Under the pieces are notes generated by a model. It was not told the origin of the DNA. It saw nothing but the letters and a program-made list of their open reading frames with translations, and ran no database searches. Source: Thermodesulfovibrionales bacterium (GTDB lineage: Bacteria; Nitrospirota; Thermodesulfovibrionia; Thermodesulfovibrionales; UBA6898). Taken from it: a DNA stretch of 38,383 nt. This document shows, one piece after another, positions 9,328-17,797 of this stretch; positions within the stretch are counted from its first letter, which is position 1, and each line of letters begins with the position of its first letter. The position numbers and the translations under genes are program-made. The stretch is from NCBI GenBank assembly GCA_044450345.1, contig JBIOIY010000027.1:1-38383 (forward strand). Direction: 5' to 3'.

Positions 9328-10095
9328 TTACGCCTGCCCCCGTCCCCCGGATACCTTACGCATCAAAGCGATGGGCCTCAATAGTATCAATCCGGGCTTG
9401 CCGGAAATATAATTTATTAAATCCTCATCTACAACTTTTCGATGACGCGACGAGGCGTGCCTCAAATATGCTTTCCCCTTACCTGTTATTATGATAATGC
9501 CGACATGCGAGACATCGAGTCCCGGGGCTTCCGAATATATACCGGCGTAATCGCCTGTGCGGAGTCCGTTGAGGACCTTGTCGTCCACCGCAGGCGACGG
9601 GATATATTTTATTTCGCGCCGTGCGGGCCGGATCCCCGCAATCCACGATGTCCCGTCCCCCTTTTTGTTAAGTACCTTTTGGACTGTTACCGCCGCAGAC
9701 TCTCCAATCTCGGGAGTGGCGTCTTTCACGAAGGCCGCATTGGACTCCATCCAGTCGGTGAAGAAGTGGTTCCGGTCTTCAAAGGAGATCCGTCCTCCCC
9801 CGTATCTGATTTTTTGCAGGTTCGCTACAAAGTCGGAAAAAGAGCCGGAAATCCTCATCGCCTCCACGTAATCGATAAAGGTAAAGCAATCGACACCTCC
9901 CAAATTCACGACAAAGACCTCAGGCGTATTCCGGTCCCCAGGGAGAGTATACTCCTGGTAAGCCGTCCCTAGAAACTCCCGGGAGAGAACATCAATCCTG
10001 TTTCCGGCATCTCCGATCTTAGAAGACTCTAGGATGAACTGGTCCAGTTCCTTTTCCGTCCATTTACCTGAGATAAAAAGTATTCTTTCCCTCAT
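9328..10095 (-). CDS. DUF1460 / AmiA-like N-acetylmuramoyl-L-alanine amidase (NlpC/P60 fold)
   Basis: FLGTAY, VDCFTFIDYVEA (catalytic Cys), RNHFFTDW, GLDVSHVG, RHASS. Confidence 0.88.
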   Translation of the reverse strand: MRERILFISGKWTEKELDQFILESSKIGDAGNRIDVLSREFLGTAYQEYTLPGDRNTPEVFVVNLGGVDCFTFIDYVEAMRISGSFSDFVANLQKIRYGGGRISFEDRNHFFTDWMESNAAFVKDATPEIGESAAVTVQKVLNKKGDGTSWIAGIRPARREIKYIPSPAVDDKVLNGLRTGDYAGIYSEAPGLDVSHVGIIIITGKGKAYLRHASSRHRKVVDEDLINYISGKPGLILLRPIALMRKVSGGRGQA

Positions 10096-10222
10096 ACAAT
10101 AGGCGCCGGAATCACGGCAGGGGAATGGAATTCACAGCTGACTTACGAAGAATACAGACGCCTCATACCGGAAACCTCGAAACTGACCCACCCCTAGCAA
10201 ACATTATTTGGGCCCGCCGTTT

Positions 10223-11086
10223 TTACCAACGCTCTTTTTCCGGCTTTTCCGGATTGTCCGCCTTTTCAGACTTGTCCACAGAGTCGACCGGCTCCATCAT
10301 TATCGGTCTCTCTCCTTTGTCCGAGTCAGCCGAATTTTCTTTCTTATCCATCTTCTCCGAAGTGCCCTCGCTTTTCTCCATTTTTTGAGGGGTTCCAGTT
10401 CCTGAGGCGTGTTCATTCAGCAGCTTCTGCAGCCTGTCGACCACGGGCGGGACCTTGAGCTTCTTGTTCCCGATAATGTCGGCCGGAAGGGCGTACCCGG
10501 TGCCGTAAAAAGCCTCATTCGCATCATGGTTGATCTGAATGCCTGCGCCGTCAAGGGCCAGTCCGGCGAAGAGCCCCCTGCTCCTTGAGTAAGAGTAGAT
10601 CTCCGATTTGAGGAGTATATCTGTAGAGGCTGATGCCTGCCTGCCGACAGGGCCGGCTGCTACGCTTGCGTCAGCGCCGAGAGTAAACTTGCCCTTCATT
10701 ATCCCCTCTACGCTTCTGCTGCTCTTAAAAACGAGGATTATGTCGATTGACTCGACGCCGATCTGCCAACCGATGCTGCCGCCTGCGACCGTGATGAAAA
10801 CAGGGTTTGACCAGCTGCCGTCTTTTTGGCGTACCACGAGGATGCCCTTGCCGTAACGGCCGCCGAGAATAAAACCGGCCTTTATCACACCCGGGATGAT
10901 CGCGATGCCTTCGGCGTTGCCGAGGAGAGCAGGTGGGATCCCCCTTTCCGGTATAGACAGGGTCTGATCAAGCACCTCGACGGCGTCATCTATCTTCACA
11001 ATTCCCGCGTTGTCCGCCTTTGCGGGAGACGATATCACCGTAAGGAATATGCTTAAGGCCGCTAACATTATGATGATTCTCTGCAT
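10223..11086 (-). CDS. lipid-binding SYLF/Ysc84 domain protein, exported
   Basis: Signal peptide; KAGFILGGRYGKG, WSNPVF, GGSIGWQIG, YSYSRSRGLFAG; charged low-complexity tail. Confidence 0.92.
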   Translation of the reverse strand: MQRIIIMLAALSIFLTVISSPAKADNAGIVKIDDAVEVLDQTLSIPERGIPPALLGNAEGIAIIPGVIKAGFILGGRYGKGILVVRQKDGSWSNPVFITVAGGSIGWQIGVESIDIILVFKSSRSVEGIMKGKFTLGADASVAAGPVGRQASASTDILLKSEIYSYSRSRGLFAGLALDGAGIQINHDANEAFYGTGYALPADIIGNKKLKVPPVVDRLQKLLNEHASGTGTPQKMEKSEGTSEKMDKKENSADSDKGERPIMMEPVDSVDKSEKADNPEKPEKERW

Positions 11087-11159
11087 TTCACACCTCCTGT
11101 AATATTGATAAATTCTGTCTTACATAATGGTTCAAAGTATATCAAATTCTCGCGAAAAA

Positions 11160-11780
11160 CTATGTGAAAAAAATTTCATCCGATGCACAATTAAGATGTC
11201 CGAAGTCGTATCCTGCGCGTTTCACAACACCGGCGAAGGCATTGATAAGCCCTTCTCTTCTTTCATTGATATCCCGGAGAGCGGCGATGAACCTGCGATA
11301 CTCACGCGCAGGAACCGTTTGAATATGTTCCAGGAGAGGCCCGCAGAAATACCAGTTGCACCGGTGAGGCCGAAGAGGACGTCTTATGCTGCAGCCCCTT
11401 TCCCCGAGAAACTGGCAGGGCTCCGTATCTCCGGCCCCCCTCCTATAAAATGGGGCCCTTTCTCCGAGCCCACAGATGCAGATAATGTCCGCAAGTTCAT
11501 GGTAAGAATGCCTGTTTACGCAGCAGACCTTAAGGCAGGCAGGGCATACAACTGAGGTATGCCGTTCGATAAAGAGGCCCGCGGTTTCGACAGCGGCGGA
11601 AACCCCCGCAGCGCGTCCCCTCAGCTCTTCCAAATCATCTGCGCAGTTCGAGAAGAGGTCCTCCACCTCTTTCCGGATGGAATACAGCGCGTCGATGCCG
11701 GCCCCTCTCGCCGAACCTGTTCCACACCAGTCTGCAATGCCGGCATCATCGTGAGCAGCACTTCGCAGGGGAGAGGTCAC
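11160..11780 (-). CDS. Cys-cluster hypothetical protein (YkgJ-like, possible Zn/Fe-S binding)
   Basis: CPACLKVCC, CQFLGERGC, RPHRCNWYFC; coupled to the upstream MBL gene. Confidence 0.7.
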   Translation of the reverse strand: MTSPLRSAAHDDAGIADWCGTGSARGAGIDALYSIRKEVEDLFSNCADDLEELRGRAAGVSAAVETAGLFIERHTSVVCPACLKVCCVNRHSYHELADIICICGLGERAPFYRRGAGDTEPCQFLGERGCSIRRPLRPHRCNWYFCGPLLEHIQTVPAREYRRFIAALRDINERREGLINAFAGVVKRAGYDFGHLNCASDEIFFT

Positions 11781-12418
11781 TTCGTAAATCTCAGCCCGCT
11801 GCCTGACAAAAAGGGGTTCTTAATCAATTCTTCCCCAATGGTCGTTTCGTCACCATGACCGCAATAAACCCTTGTATCGGACGGCAGGGAGACGAGTTTT
11901 TTGAGAGAGCCCTCAAGCTTCGCAGTATCTCCGCCCGGAAGGTCGGTCCTTCCCACCGACCTTCTGAAGAGCGTGTCCCCGGTAAACAATGTCCCATTTA
12001 GATAGAGACATATGCTCCCCGGAGTATGACCGGGGGTATGCAGCACTTCCCACGTATTGCCGCCAATAACGATTTTATCTCCCTCAGTAACCAGGATATC
12101 CGGGTCCGGGAAATCCTCCTCTGAAAGGCCCCATGAAAGACACAGGGTTTTGGCCATACGGTAAGTCTCTTTTTCGTCTTCATGCATAATGATGGAAGCC
12201 CCGTATTTGCCTTTCAGTTCTCCTGCGGCGCAGACGTGGTCGTAATGGGCATGGGTAAAAAATATGTATTTAGGCGTGATTCCCTGCCCCTCAAGAAGAT
12301 CAGCTATCCTTTCGAATTCGTCTCCCGGGTCGATTACGGCCGCCTCTGACGTACCCCCATCATATACAACATAACAGTTCACACCTAGTTGGCCGACAAC
12401 GATCTTTTCGATGGTCAT
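11777..12418 (-). CDS. MBL-fold metallo-hydrolase (glyoxalase II/YcbL-like)
   Basis: THAHYDH, HTPGHTPG, FTGDTLF, GRTDLPGG, GHG. Confidence 0.94.
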   Translation of the reverse strand: MTIEKIVVGQLGVNCYVVYDGGTSEAAVIDPGDEFERIADLLEGQGITPKYIFFTHAHYDHVCAAGELKGKYGASIIMHEDEKETYRMAKTLCLSWGLSEEDFPDPDILVTEGDKIVIGGNTWEVLHTPGHTPGSICLYLNGTLFTGDTLFRRSVGRTDLPGGDTAKLEGSLKKLVSLPSDTRVYCGHGDETTIGEELIKNPFLSGSGLRFTK

Positions 12419-12592
12419 GAAAACCTCCCGGGGCCTGAATTATCTCATTATACGCCAAGGGCCGCGATAAGTGCATCAGGCGGACTCATGCATGTCCCGG
12501 CAGAGGGAATTTTCAGGCTCATCCGGTTCATTCGTTCTATCGGCGGAATTAGCCTGTTCACAAAACAACTCCGGATGCGCTAAAATATCGGT

Positions 12593-12787
12593 ATGTTAGG
12601 ACCGTACAAAGACCTCGGATTAAAATGCCGGGGATGCAAGGGAACCTTGAATCTCACCTTCGGCTGACGCGGCGTAGCACTGCGCTGCATGGAATGCGGC
12701 AGAAAGTTCACCCTCACCGAATACATAAATGAAATCGACGAAAAGACCTGGGAAAAGATATCGGGTCGCTCTTGTGACAGAGCGTAG
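12593..12787 (+). CDS. dual-CxxC small (seleno)protein, 64 aa, with in-frame TGA (Sec) at codon 25
   Basis: MLGPYKDLGLKCRGCKGTLNLTFG-U-RGVALRCMECGRKFTLTEYINEIDEKTWEKISGRSCDRA*. TGA at 12665-12667 is followed by a hairpin. Confidence 0.8.
12669..12688 (+). promoter_or_regulatory. putative bacterial SECIS-like hairpin
   Basis: GCGGCGTA-GCAC-TGCGCTGC: 8-bp stem (two G-U pairs) starting 1 nt after the TGA. Confidence 0.5.
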
Positions 12788-13025
12788 GGACAGATTTCCC
12801 TCTCTCTAATACTGCAAAGCCACTCTCCCGCTAAGGCACAAGACCGGACAAAAGTCGTGGGATGGTCGTCTGCACAGGGTGAATGTATGCCGGGACAGCA
12901 TGCCTGATGCCATAAGACAGTTAAATGCCTTCCATTACCATATAAGCAGCTGCCCATGATAGATAAAACTGTTTCATGTATATTATTATAGACGACTAAA
13001 AATCAACCGATTACAGGGGGGCCAG

Positions 13026-13733
13026 ATGAGCATCAGAGAAAATATCTATCAGGTGGTGGAGTTGATAAGACCATCTCATATCCTCGTGAGCGTATTCGAC
13101 AAGTCCGGACTCGAAGACCTGGTGAAGGGTATCCTCGGGGTGAACCGCAACGCGAGGTTCTATTCTACCGGCGGTACCGGCAAGAAGATCTTGGAGATCC
13201 TCGGACCGGATGCGCTCAGAAATTACACCTCTGTCGAAGACTTTACAGGAGCGCCTGAGATGGAGGGCGGCCTTGTAAAAACACTCCACCCAAAGATTCA
13301 CGCCGGTCTCCTTGCCGAAAGGGGCAACCCCGCCCATGAGGAATACCTGTTCAAGACCCTCGCAAAGATGGGAGATTCTCCGGGTGTCTACTTCGATATC
13401 TTCGTGGGCAACCTCTATCCCTTTACGTCGGTGGTTGCAAAAGACGGTACCACGTCGGAGACGGCGAGAGTAAATATCGATATCGGCGGCCCAGCCATGA
13501 CCATGGCATCGGCAAAGAACTGGCATAGCGTCACAGCTCTCACCTCACCTGCACAATACAAGGGCTTTATCTCCTCACTCAATGCCAACGGCGGCATGAT
13601 CGGGCTCGAGCAGAGATTCAGGCTGGCGGCAGATGCGATGAAATCTATCGGCGAATACAGGACGGCGATAGGAAACTACTTTTTTTCCCTCGATTTCCAG
13701 AAGGATGTAAGACCTCATTTGAACGTCAAATAG
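13026..13733 (+). CDS. stand-alone IMP cyclohydrolase (N-terminal MGS-like half of PurH)
   Basis: LVSVFDKSGL, STGGT, GGLVKTLHPKIH, NLYPF, NIDIGGPAM..ASAKN; ends at 235 aa with no AICAR transformylase domain. Confidence 0.85.
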   Translation: MSIRENIYQVVELIRPSHILVSVFDKSGLEDLVKGILGVNRNARFYSTGGTGKKILEILGPDALRNYTSVEDFTGAPEMEGGLVKTLHPKIHAGLLAERGNPAHEEYLFKTLAKMGDSPGVYFDIFVGNLYPFTSVVAKDGTTSETARVNIDIGGPAMTMASAKNWHSVTALTSPAQYKGFISSLNANGGMIGLEQRFRLAADAMKSIGEYRTAIGNYFFSLDFQKDVRPHLNVK

Positions 13734-13786
13734 CCGGCGTAGCCTGTTGCTGCATCATAGATAAAAAAATTCAGCGGAGGTGATAA

Positions 13787-14554
13787 ATGCGCAAGATTCT
13801 GTTTCTGGCAATAACCCTGGCTCTCCTGCAGTATGCCTCAAATTCATACGGGTTCAGCAATAAAGGAGAAAACTGCTCTAAGTGTCATACCCTGAAAAAG
13901 GAAGAGGCAGCGGCCTTATTGAAGGAGATCGACCCCAATATCAAGATACTCAACATCAAACTCTCACCTTTAAAATCCTTGTGGGAGATAGACATTGAGT
14001 CGAGCAATAAAAAAGGAGTGATATATCTAGATATCACAAAGAAATATCTGATCTCAGGCCAACTAGTCGATATCAAGGGCAAGAGGAACCTCACACAGGA
14101 AAGCAGTGAGGAAATTAATAAGATCGATGCTTCGAAAATCCCGCTTGGCGACGCAATCGTCATGGGCGACAAAAACGCAAAAAAGCGGGTAATCGTCTTC
14201 ACGGACCCTGACTGTCCCTTCTGCGCAAAACTCCATCCTGAGCTTAAGAAGATCATAGCCGAAAGAAAAGACGTCGTTTTCTTCATAAAGATGTTCCCCC
14301 TGCCGATCCATAAGGAAGCGGCAGACAAGTCGAAGGCGGTCGTCTGCGGGAAATCGCTCGCAATGCTCGAGGCGGCCTTCGAGAAAAAACCGATATCTAA
14401 GGCGACGTGCAAGACCTCCGCCATAGACGAAAACATCAAGCTGGGGCAGAAGCTGGGAATAACAGGAACTCCCACCCTCGTAATGCCGGACGGGAGAGTA
14501 ATTTCGGGGTTCCGGGACGCCAACGCGCTGAAGGCATCGATCGACAAAAAATAG
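13787..14554 (+). CDS. dsbC: DsbC-family thiol:disulfide interchange protein with N-terminal CxxCH
   Basis: Signal peptide, CSKCH, FTDPDCPFC, GITGTPT; RBS GGAGGTG. Confidence 0.88.
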   Translation: MRKILFLAITLALLQYASNSYGFSNKGENCSKCHTLKKEEAAALLKEIDPNIKILNIKLSPLKSLWEIDIESSNKKGVIYLDITKKYLISGQLVDIKGKRNLTQESSEEINKIDASKIPLGDAIVMGDKNAKKRVIVFTDPDCPFCAKLHPELKKIIAERKDVVFFIKMFPLPIHKEAADKSKAVVCGKSLAMLEAAFEKKPISKATCKTSAIDENIKLGQKLGITGTPTLVMPDGRVISGFRDANALKASIDKK

Positions 14555-14566
14555 ATCCTAAAAAAA

Positions 14567-14639
14567 GTGTCAGTGCCGGTTATCAGCCGGTAGCAACATC
14601 AGTATATGCCTCCGCAAAGACATCACTGACACCGGCACT
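14567..14639. repeat. inverted hexamer-repeat arms between convergent dsbC and pfk
   Basis: GTGTCAGTGCCGGT (14567-14580) vs CACTGACACCGGCACT (14624-14639). Confidence 0.5.
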
Positions 14640-14647
14640 CTACGCAC

Positions 14648-15862
14648 TTACAGGTGCCTGTCTATCGTCCCAGTTACTTCTGAAAACTCATATTCGTACT
14701 TATGCGGTCTTCTTCCGAAGCAGATACCGAGGCTTTCGAAGAGGGCTATCTCCGTGACGTCCACCTCTCTCCTTTTAATCGCCGCCGAGGTGGCGATGTA
14801 GTCGATCTTCTTGCCGTTCACGCTGACGACAGTATTGCCGGTCTTTCCGGAAAGGAGAAGGAAGACCGCGGCAGCGCCTGCCCTGTACCCGAAATTGACA
14901 TCATAGGAGGAAGATCCGCCGGAACGGACGAGGTGGCCGGGGGTTACTTCCCTCACTTCGGGAATCACATATATCCCGGGCACAAACATCCCGGTCTTCT
15001 TCATGAACTCCAGGACATCCGGATCGGCCTTCAGCCTTTTCTCGATCTGCTGCCTGACATATTTGCCGGCACCCGCAAGTTTTTTGTGGCCGAAGGCGTC
15101 GACGCCGGCAGATTCGTCATAAAGGAGATCGCCGCTTGCGGTCGTAAGACCTTCCGCGACAACAATGATATACGTGCCGGCCTTTACGTCGCTCCGCAAT
15201 ACCTTCGCAAAGTACGTGCTTTTCAAGTGCTCATACACGATATCGAAATCGACCGGGATCTCGGGGATCAGGATGCAGTCGGCCTCGGCGCCGACCCCTC
15301 CCCGAAATGCGGTGTGTCCGACATACCTCCCGAAAACCTCGATCACGAGGATGCGGTTATGGCTCATGCCCGTGGTCTTGAGGTCCCTTGTGAAAGTGGC
15401 GATCCTGTTTATCGCCGAATCGCCGCCCACGCTGTAGGGCTGCAAATCAAGATCCATGGTCTTGGGGACATGGACGCAGGGAATGCCCTGGGAAGAAAGG
15501 TCGACGACTACGCTTCCGGTATCGTCGCCGCCGCTGATGATAAGGGCGTCTATCCCGAACTTCTTCAGTCCGTTTTTTATACGCTCATATTTCTGGGGAT
15601 CGGCGATCTTGCTTATCTTCACGCGCGAATGGCCGGCCTCGGACCCTGCAAGTGACGCCTCGATCTTGCTCACCCTCTCGGCGCTCAGAAGGACAACTTC
15701 TTCCAGGTCGACAAGATTATAAAGACCCGCGTATCCGTTGGGGATGACGACCGCTTCGATACCCTGGGCGTAGGCCTCTTTCGCCATCCCCTTGATCACC
15801 GCGTTGAGCCCCCCGCAATCACCCCCGCTTGTGATTACACCGATTCTTTTGATGGATGCCAT
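14648..15862 (-). CDS. 6-phosphofructokinase family, probably PPi-dependent, divergent
   Basis: TSGGDCGGLNAVI; GGDDT and PKT (PPi-type signature residues); EVFGR, LIPE, GHLVRSG. Confidence 0.85.
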   Translation of the reverse strand: MASIKRIGVITSGGDCGGLNAVIKGMAKEAYAQGIEAVVIPNGYAGLYNLVDLEEVVLLSAERVSKIEASLAGSEAGHSRVKISKIADPQKYERIKNGLKKFGIDALIISGGDDTGSVVVDLSSQGIPCVHVPKTMDLDLQPYSVGGDSAINRIATFTRDLKTTGMSHNRILVIEVFGRYVGHTAFRGGVGAEADCILIPEIPVDFDIVYEHLKSTYFAKVLRSDVKAGTYIIVVAEGLTTASGDLLYDESAGVDAFGHKKLAGAGKYVRQQIEKRLKADPDVLEFMKKTGMFVPGIYVIPEVREVTPGHLVRSGGSSSYDVNFGYRAGAAAVFLLLSGKTGNTVVSVNGKKIDYIATSAAIKRREVDVTEIALFESLGICFGRRPHKYEYEFSEVTGTIDRHL

Positions 15863-15921
15863 ATCTCCTCCCTAAAAGGTTTGTATGTTTACTTCATAAA
15901 AAAACAGCAGCCTTCTTGCGC

Positions 15922-15962
15922 ACCCTTCCTCCCCTTACGTTAAGGGAAGGTGAGGAGGGGTT
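15922..15962. repeat. REP-like purine/pyrimidine palindrome between pgk and pfk
   Basis: CCTCCCCTTA-CGT-TAAGGGAAGG followed by TGAGGAGGGGT. Confidence 0.55.
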
Positions 15963-15966
15963 ACTA

Positions 15967-17274
15967 TCACCCCGTCGCCCTCCCGCCGTTTTCGATAAGG
16001 GCCTGAACAGGCTTTAGACCGTACGGGGTACCCTGCTCAATCGCGGTAAGGACCGTCCCGCCGCCCGTGAAAAAATAATATTGTGCATTATCGAGCACCG
16101 AAAGGTAAAGACCCGGACAGAGGTCCTTGAACTCCTGGAGCGTATCTCCGCCTCCGTAAAGTTTCTTGGCGTGGGTGTTCCGGTCGATCGTCTCGTCGAG
16201 CGCCTGGGAGCCGTCATAAAAATGCGGGGTAAGCCCCATCACCGCGTTGACAAAGAGGGTGCTTGAATGAAGAATCGCGTCAAGGACCGTCTTATCCGAA
16301 AAAGATTCCTTGTCTATGTCCAGGATGTACCCGTAGCTATTGCCCTTCCTGAAGTCCTTCAGCGAGAGGGTCCTGTGCTTTCCCTCCACTTTTCCATCGA
16401 GGATGTCCGACTCTACTACGAAGGGGAGCTCAACTATCTTCCCGTCCTTCTCATCCATGGCCACAAGTTCCTGCGCAGCCTCGATCTCTTTTTCGGAGAC
16501 CCCCGCGATTCTCACGCCGTATTTGGCGCATAAGAACGTGTTGTAGATTACTCCCCCGAGGATAAGCCTGTCGGCCTTCCGGTATATCGCATAGAGCGGC
16601 CCGATCTTCGTGTCGTATTTCGACCCGGCAACTACGGCAGTGAAAGGCCTTCCGGGGTTGAGCACGTAATCGAGGTTCACTATCTCTTCCTGCATCAAAA
16701 AACCCGCAAATGAGGGCAGGTATTTGGCGATGTCGTATGTCGAAACATGGGGCTGCCACGAACCGAAGGCGTCATTGACGAATATGTCCGCAAGACCTGC
16801 AAGCTGATGCGCCAGCTTGTCCTGTCCTTCTTCCTTTGACTCTTCGGCCTGGAACCAGCGTGTATTCGGCAGATATATGCCGCCTATCCGCCTCTCCTTC
16901 AATGCCCTTATGGCGTGGTTAATTGACGTGTCGATGCCTGTGATGCCCTGGCCGGGGACTACGTTAAACTCGGGGATATGGAATTTGATATGGAGCTTAC
17001 GTTCAAGATATTCGACGATAGGCCTGACAGACTCTTCTTCCCTGCACTTGATCTCGCCCGTCTTCTTGTCCTTCGGTCTTCCGATATGGGTCATCAGGAT
17101 CGGCCGGCCGCCCCTTTCGACGATGTTATAGAGGGTGCCGAGAGTGCGGTCGATACGGTAAGGGTCCCTGATCTGGCCGTTCTTGACGACGTTGTGGTCG
17201 AACCTCACAAGGACGACCTTCCCCTCTATCGGGGCGTTCTGCAGCAAGGGGAGCCGCTCATCTATCGCGGACAT
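15967..17274 (-). CDS. pgk: phosphoglycerate kinase (divergent)
   Basis: VLVRFDHNV, THIGRP, FVNDAFG, AGFLMQEEI, GSKYDTKI, GGGDT, TGGG. Confidence 0.85.
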   Translation of the reverse strand: MSAIDERLPLLQNAPIEGKVVLVRFDHNVVKNGQIRDPYRIDRTLGTLYNIVERGGRPILMTHIGRPKDKKTGEIKCREEESVRPIVEYLERKLHIKFHIPEFNVVPGQGITGIDTSINHAIRALKERRIGGIYLPNTRWFQAEESKEEGQDKLAHQLAGLADIFVNDAFGSWQPHVSTYDIAKYLPSFAGFLMQEEIVNLDYVLNPGRPFTAVVAGSKYDTKIGPLYAIYRKADRLILGGVIYNTFLCAKYGVRIAGVSEKEIEAAQELVAMDEKDGKIVELPFVVESDILDGKVEGKHRTLSLKDFRKGNSYGYILDIDKESFSDKTVLDAILHSSTLFVNAVMGLTPHFYDGSQALDETIDRNTHAKKLYGGGDTLQEFKDLCPGLYLSVLDNAQYYFFTGGGTVLTAIEQGTPYGLKPVQALIENGGRATG

Positions 17275-17417
17275 ATGACACCTCTAGGTCTAACTATTAC
17301 CTTCATTTATTAATGAATAAATAGTAATGTAGTTTAGAGGCAATTGCAAGGATTGGTCGCTGCAGGAGAAACGCCGTCGCGAACTTCACCGACGCCCATT
17401 TAGAGGACACCTGTCAA

Positions 17418-17797
17418 GGTAAAAAGATCCTCTTTCGAAGTTTTTTTGACTTCTCCCTTTTCATGAGCTGCCGATAACCTTTGCCATTGCCGTTTTTTCT
17501 TTGATATTCGGCTGCAGTCTTCACTGTGCCAGACACCCATCAGGATCGAGGCCGCACCCAGAGATCACTCCCCAAAGAGGGCCCTTCCGCTTTATAGCGA
17601 ACCAGAAAACCTTCGGCTCCGTGCCGGGTCCAATTCGTTTCGTACAATTCCTATGGTTCTTAGACCAGTCCGCCATGGCTCCCGGCCCGGGCAGTAAAGA
17701 TACCGGTAACTCTTATGTTGCTGGGTGAGACAGTGTTCCAATCAAACCGTTGGTTTAGTCCCAGTCGGTGAACAGGTTAGCTGCCCCACCCAGTCTT
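17418..17797 (-). ncRNA. candidate bridge/seek RNA of the IS1111-type element
   Basis: About 380-nt non-coding region 3' of tnp. It contains UUCACCGAC (17764-17772 on minus), identical to the flank TTCACCGAC (17385-17393). Boundaries approximate. Confidence 0.65.

Noticed and set aside
12580..12957. 125-aa minus-strand ORF
   Set aside because: It is antisense to the better-supported selenoprotein frame and has no recognisable motifs.
12790..13020. ZMP/ZTP or c-di-GMP-I riboswitch upstream of the PurH-like gene
   Set aside because: Only fragments such as GCAAAGCC are present. No GACUGGCG..GUGG..CCAC or CGCCUGGGC (ZTP), and no GGCAAA P1/P2 arrangement.
17501..17728. 75-aa plus-strand ORF inside the IS
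   Set aside because: TTG start with no RBS, antisense to the IS non-coding RNA region; likely spurious.
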